Source: Oscillospiraceae bacterium
GTDB taxonomy: Bacteria > Bacillota > Clostridia > Oscillospirales > Oscillospiraceae
Length of the DNA: 27,564 bases
Assembly: GCA_051867655.1 (NCBI GenBank)
Contig: JBJDYV010000102.1
Location: 1-27,564 of the forward strand
Direction: 5' to 3'
Below are positions 24,526 through 27,564 of this stretch, piece after piece (the first letter of the stretch is position 1; every line of letters starts with the position of its first letter). Made by a program: the position numbers and the translations under genes. Below the pieces are notes generated by a model. It searched no databases. It had not been told where the DNA came from and worked only from the letters and a program-made list of their open reading frames with translations.

Positions 24526-25092
24526 TTACTTTTCCTGCCGCGAAATTCCTTCGCAATCCGCTCTTGCTGAATCGTGTGGGTTTGCTTTCAATTTGATCAT
24601 CATGATCCAGCACAGGGAAGACAGCCGGTTCATGGCCTGGATGATGTCGGGCCGCTTCACCGAACCGTCGTAATTCTTAAACGCCTCGTACCCCGCCAGC
24701 TCCGCCTGACGCACCACTGTGCGCAGGCGGTTAACGTACAGGATGGCGGGATCGTCGGTGACACTGGCCATGAAGTGGGGCTGCCCGTAATACTTCTCCG
24801 GGTAATGGGAGTGCTCCCGCAGCTCGTCGGCGGTGTAGCCGCACAAGTTGATCTCGCCCACCGGTTTCCCCATGACCTCGCAGGGGATCAGCCCCCGCAC
24901 GAAGTCCAGCATCTCCTGCAGATCCATGGTCAGCTGCACATGGCCGGCCTGCACCGCGTGGTGCTGGCACACCAGGATCTCCGCCTCCAGGCGGTCGATC
25001 ATCCCCCGGAACCGGATGCGGGGGTGGTCCTTGCGCACCAGGGTCTTGTGGTCCAGATGGGTCATGTGCTCGGGCTTCTGCCGCGCCGCCAT
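24526..25092 (-). CDS. eutT: Ethanolamine-utilisation cob(I)alamin adenosyltransferase EutT (short Firmicutes form).
   Basis: The C-terminal block RPDIIQAMNRLSSLCWIMMIKL aligns with E. coli EutT RPDILQALNRLSSTVYVMMI. The start lies 3 nt after the eutM stop. Confidence 0.7.
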   Translation of the reverse strand: MAARQKPEHMTHLDHKTLVRKDHPRIRFRGMIDRLEAEILVCQHHAVQAGHVQLTMDLQEMLDFVRGLIPCEVMGKPVGEINLCGYTADELREHSHYPEKYYGQPHFMASVTDDPAILYVNRLRTVVRQAELAGYEAFKNYDGSVKRPDIIQAMNRLSSLCWIMMIKLKANPHDSARADCEGISRQEK

Positions 25093-25095
25093 AGG

Positions 25096-25398
25096 TTACA
25101 GGTCGCTTCCGGTCTCGCCCTTCCCGTGGGGCAGGATGGCGTCCACCTCGGCGTGGGGGCGGGGGATGACGTGCACGGAGATCAGCTCGCCCACCTTTTC
25201 GGCGGCGGCGGCTCCCGCGTCGGTGGCCGCCTGCACGGCGCCCACGTCGCCCCGGACCATGACGGTCACCAGGCCGCCGCCCACCTGCTCCTTGCCCACC
25301 AGCTGGACGTTGGCCGCCTTCACCATGGCGTCGGCCGCCTCGATGGCCCCCACCAGTCCTCTTGTTTCCACCATGCCAAGTGCGTTGGTATTTGCCAT
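25096..25398 (-). CDS. eutM: BMC-H shell protein EutM/PduA family.
   Basis: [31 protein letters not shown]...VIPRPH is a canonical BMC-domain sequence. An AGGAGGA RBS is present. Confidence 0.9.
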   Translation of the reverse strand: MANTNALGMVETRGLVGAIEAADAMVKAANVQLVGKEQVGGGLVTVMVRGDVGAVQAATDAGAAAAEKVGELISVHVIPRPHAEVDAILPHGKGETGSDL

Positions 25399-25517
25399 TG
25401 TTTCATTCCTCCTGATCGGTTTTGTGTGTTGTTTCTTGATCGTCGTACCCCCGGACCCGGTTTCGGGCTTGGGTTTTTTCGTCGGTTTTTGCGGGGTATT
25501 TTCCCCCAGCAGATCAT

Positions 25518-26969
25518 TTACTGTAATCTCCGGCAGATCTCCTGGACCAGGCTCGAGATCAGTTCGCTGGAGCAGCACAGGTTCGCTGTCCACGCGTCTT
25601 CACCCCCTCTCAGATCCTCCAGCTCCCGGACGCCCCAGGCCACCCGCTTGATGTTGATCAGGTCCAGGGGGCCGATGTTGTTGGAGGAGGAGGAGCCGCC
25701 CACCGCGCCGCACCCCAGGGTCAAAGCGGGGAACAGGTTGGTGGTGGCGCCGATGCCGCCCAGGGCGGAGGGAGAGTTCACCATGATCCGGCTGGCGGGC
25801 ACCGCCAGGGCCAGACGGCGCACCAGGTCGGGGTCCTCGGCGTGGATGGAGTAGGTGTGGCCCGCGCCCTCCCAGGCCAGGATCTCGGCGCTGCGGCGAA
25901 AGACCGTCGCCTCGTCCTCCTCCACGTAGTATGCCAAAATCAGGCCCAATTTTTCATTGGAGAAGGGATAACCCCGGCCCACGCCGGTCTCCCGGGCCAC
26001 CAGTACCCGGGCGGTGGGCGGCACCTTGTCCAGCCCGGCCAGTTTGGCTACCGTCTCCACGCTCTTGCCCACGATGGCAGGATTCATGGTGCCGTTGGGC
26101 CGCAGGATGAATTTGGAAAGCTTTTCGTGCTCCGCGTCGTCCAGGATATAGGCTCCCTGGCGCTTCAGCTCGGCGGTCACGGTCTCCTCCATGGCCCGCT
26201 CCACGATGATGGACTGCTCACTGGCGCAGATGGTGCCGTTGTCAAAGGTCTTGGAGTCCAGGATGCGCTTGACCGCCCGGGGCACGTCGGCGGTTTTGTG
26301 GATATAAGCCGGGCCGTTGCCCGCCCCCACGCCGATGGCGGGGGTCCCGCTGGAGTAGGCCGCCTTGACCATGGCCCCGCCGCCGGTGGCCAGGATCATG
26401 CGGGTGTCGTCGTGCTTCATCAGGGTATTGGTAGCGTCCAGAGTGGGGTTGGTGATGCAGGAGACCGCCCCTTTGGGCGCGCCCGCGCTCTCCGCCGCCC
26501 TGGCCACCACGTCCACCGCCGCGGAGATGCACTTGACCGCGTTGGGGTGGGGGGAGAAGATGATGGGGTTGCCCGCCTTCAGGCAGATCAGGGATTTGTA
26601 AAAGATGGTGGAGGTGGGATTGGTGGAGGGCACCAGACCCGCCACGATGCCCACCGGCACACCAATGTCCATGGTCTTGCGCTCTTTGTCCTCGGCCAGC
26701 ACGCCGACGGTTTTTAAATCCTTGATGGCCTCGTACACCGTGACGGAGGAAAACCGGTTCTTGATCTCCTTGTGCTCCACGATGCCGAAGCCGGTCTCCT
26801 CCACGGCCATCTCGGCCAGACGGCGGGCGTTCTCCGCCCCCGCCCGGGAGACCGCCGCCGTGATGCGGTCCAACTGTCCCTGGTCCATGGCGGCCAGGGC
26901 GTTCTGGGCCTGCTTGGCCTGCTTGATTAAATCGCGGGTCTCCTGAATTGACTGCAGATCCTTATCCAT
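25518..26969 (-). CDS. eutE: Acetylating acetaldehyde dehydrogenase EutE (CoA-acylating ALDH), with a putative C-terminal amphipathic encapsulation-peptide-like helix.
   Basis: ALDH-family blocks are present (FSPHPNA, ICASEQS catalytic Cys). The C-terminal [17 protein letters not shown] is amphipathic. A GGGAGGTG RBS is present before MDKDL. Confidence 0.85.
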   Translation of the reverse strand: MDKDLQSIQETRDLIKQAKQAQNALAAMDQGQLDRITAAVSRAGAENARRLAEMAVEETGFGIVEHKEIKNRFSSVTVYEAIKDLKTVGVLAEDKERKTMDIGVPVGIVAGLVPSTNPTSTIFYKSLICLKAGNPIIFSPHPNAVKCISAAVDVVARAAESAGAPKGAVSCITNPTLDATNTLMKHDDTRMILATGGGAMVKAAYSSGTPAIGVGAGNGPAYIHKTADVPRAVKRILDSKTFDNGTICASEQSIIVERAMEETVTAELKRQGAYILDDAEHEKLSKFILRPNGTMNPAIVGKSVETVAKLAGLDKVPPTARVLVARETGVGRGYPFSNEKLGLILAYYVEEDEATVFRRSAEILAWEGAGHTYSIHAEDPDLVRRLALAVPASRIMVNSPSALGGIGATTNLFPALTLGCGAVGGSSSSNNIGPLDLINIKRVAWGVRELEDLRGGEDAWTANLCCSSELISSLVQEICRRLQ

Positions 26970-26974
26970 TCGTC

Positions 26975-27564
26975 TCACACCTCCCTGGGCCGGGCCGCAA
27001 CCGCTTTCACCGTCTCCGCGAAGGCCGCGCAGGCGGCGTTGCAGGCGGATTGGGTGCCGGTCAGCAGACCGCCGCCGTAGTTGGTCTCGGTGGGCGGCTC
27101 AAAGAGCGCCACAAGCTCCACGTCGGCGGCCTTCAGCGCCTCGTCCAGCCCCACCACGGCCTCCAGGGGCGGGGCCACCAGGTAGGCCAGGGCCTCGCCC
27201 TCCCTGACCCCGGCGGTCTTGGACAGGTAGGAGCCGGTGCGGGAGACGGTGTAGGCAAAATAGGCTACGCTGTCGTCCTCGTTGGCGGAGTGGAAGCCCA
27301 CGCCGGAATCCAGAAAGCTGACCGCCGCCCGCAGGCCGGAGGTGACCTCCGACGGGTTGGGCCCGGCCAGGATGCCAATGACCTCCCCGGCAAACTTGGT
27401 GGAAGCGTTGGCCGCCCCGGCGTACAGGCTGCGGCCGTACACCACGGTCACTGCCGCGGCCTTGGTGGCCTCGTCCAAGGCGCAGTAGGTGGGGTCGTCG
27501 CTGTCGGCTGTGATGATGCCGATGGAGCGGAAGTCCCGGGGCAGATTCAGCTTCTTCGCCAGGG
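26975..27564 (-). CDS. eutL: BMC-T shell protein EutL. It is 5'-partial because its start lies beyond the window end.
   Basis: It aligns with E. coli EutL over IGIITADSDDPTYCALDEATKAAAVTVVYGRSLYAGAA...VSRTGSYLSKTAGV...YLVAPPLEA...ETNYGGGLLTGTQSACNAAC. Confidence 0.85.
   Translation of the reverse strand, partial: LAKKLNLPRDFRSIGIITADSDDPTYCALDEATKAAAVTVVYGRSLYAGAANASTKFAGEVIGILAGPNPSEVTSGLRAAVSFLDSGVGFHSANEDDSVAYFAYTVSRTGSYLSKTAGVREGEALAYLVAPPLEAVVGLDEALKAADVELVALFEPPTETNYGGGLLTGTQSACNAACAAFAETVKAVAARPREV

Overview
This window looks like a high-GC (about 60%) spore-forming Clostridia chromosome segment (Oscillospiraceae-like); I infer that from GC content, gene content and an alpha/beta-type SASP gene. 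Coding density is high. Most long ORFs antisense to the called genes are GC-driven artefacts.

Left to right the window holds:
- A BMP-family nucleoside-binding lipoprotein gene and xpt, separated by a 41-bp tandem repeat.
- ppa, then a glf plus GT2 glycosyltransferase pair (a galactofuranose-containing glycan).
- A cytoplasmic GHKL/histidine-kinase-like protein lacking an obvious phospho-acceptor His.
- gap (GAPDH) and a SASP gene.
- A lower-GC TetR-family repressor gene, divergent from an operon it probably controls: an isochorismatase-like hydrolase, a CocE/NonD-family hydrolase and an MFS transporter. The operon has a sigma70-like promoter and two exact tandem 17-bp operator-like repeats.
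- A renal-type (M19) dipeptidase and an SSB-like protein with two OB-fold-like halves.

The most interesting region is a lower-GC insertion of about 6.2 kb at 14858..21070:
- It sits inside a GC-rich hairpin whose two halves remain on either side of the insert.
- A perfect 10-bp direct repeat (GGTATGCCCG) flanks it, and it has 19-bp imperfect terminal inverted repeats (CAATGTCA...).
- An identical intact copy of the 30-bp hairpin lies about 500 bp downstream.
- The element carries an IS4-family DDE transposase and an overlapping 146-aa ORF, preceded by a promoter and a 190-nt U-rich leader that ends in an intrinsic terminator.
- It also carries a five-gene cargo operon: a 71-aa XRE/Cro-like HTH protein, a 73-aa Lys-rich protein, a double zinc-ribbon membrane protein with an internally duplicated TM hairpin, a soluble SPFH/band-7 (B. 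subtilis YdjI-like) protein with a C-terminal DUF4339/GYF-like domain, and a second zinc-ribbon single-TM protein.
- The cargo resembles the PspA-associated YdjGHI membrane-stress module but has no PspA, and it is transposon-borne. It is the best candidate for an undescribed membrane-stress or defence system.

Downstream of the insertion point is a 59-aa Cys-rich ORF with a perfect palindromic operator in its promoter. The window ends with the 3' half of an ethanolamine-utilisation microcompartment operon (partial eutL, eutE, eutM, eutT, pduL, a 114-aa ORF, eutN, eutH, eutQ). Two things stand out there: a 200-nt eutN-eutH spacer made of six consecutive stable hairpins, and a 114-aa ORF overlapping eutN by about 100 nt.

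No rRNA, tRNA or CRISPR array is visible.
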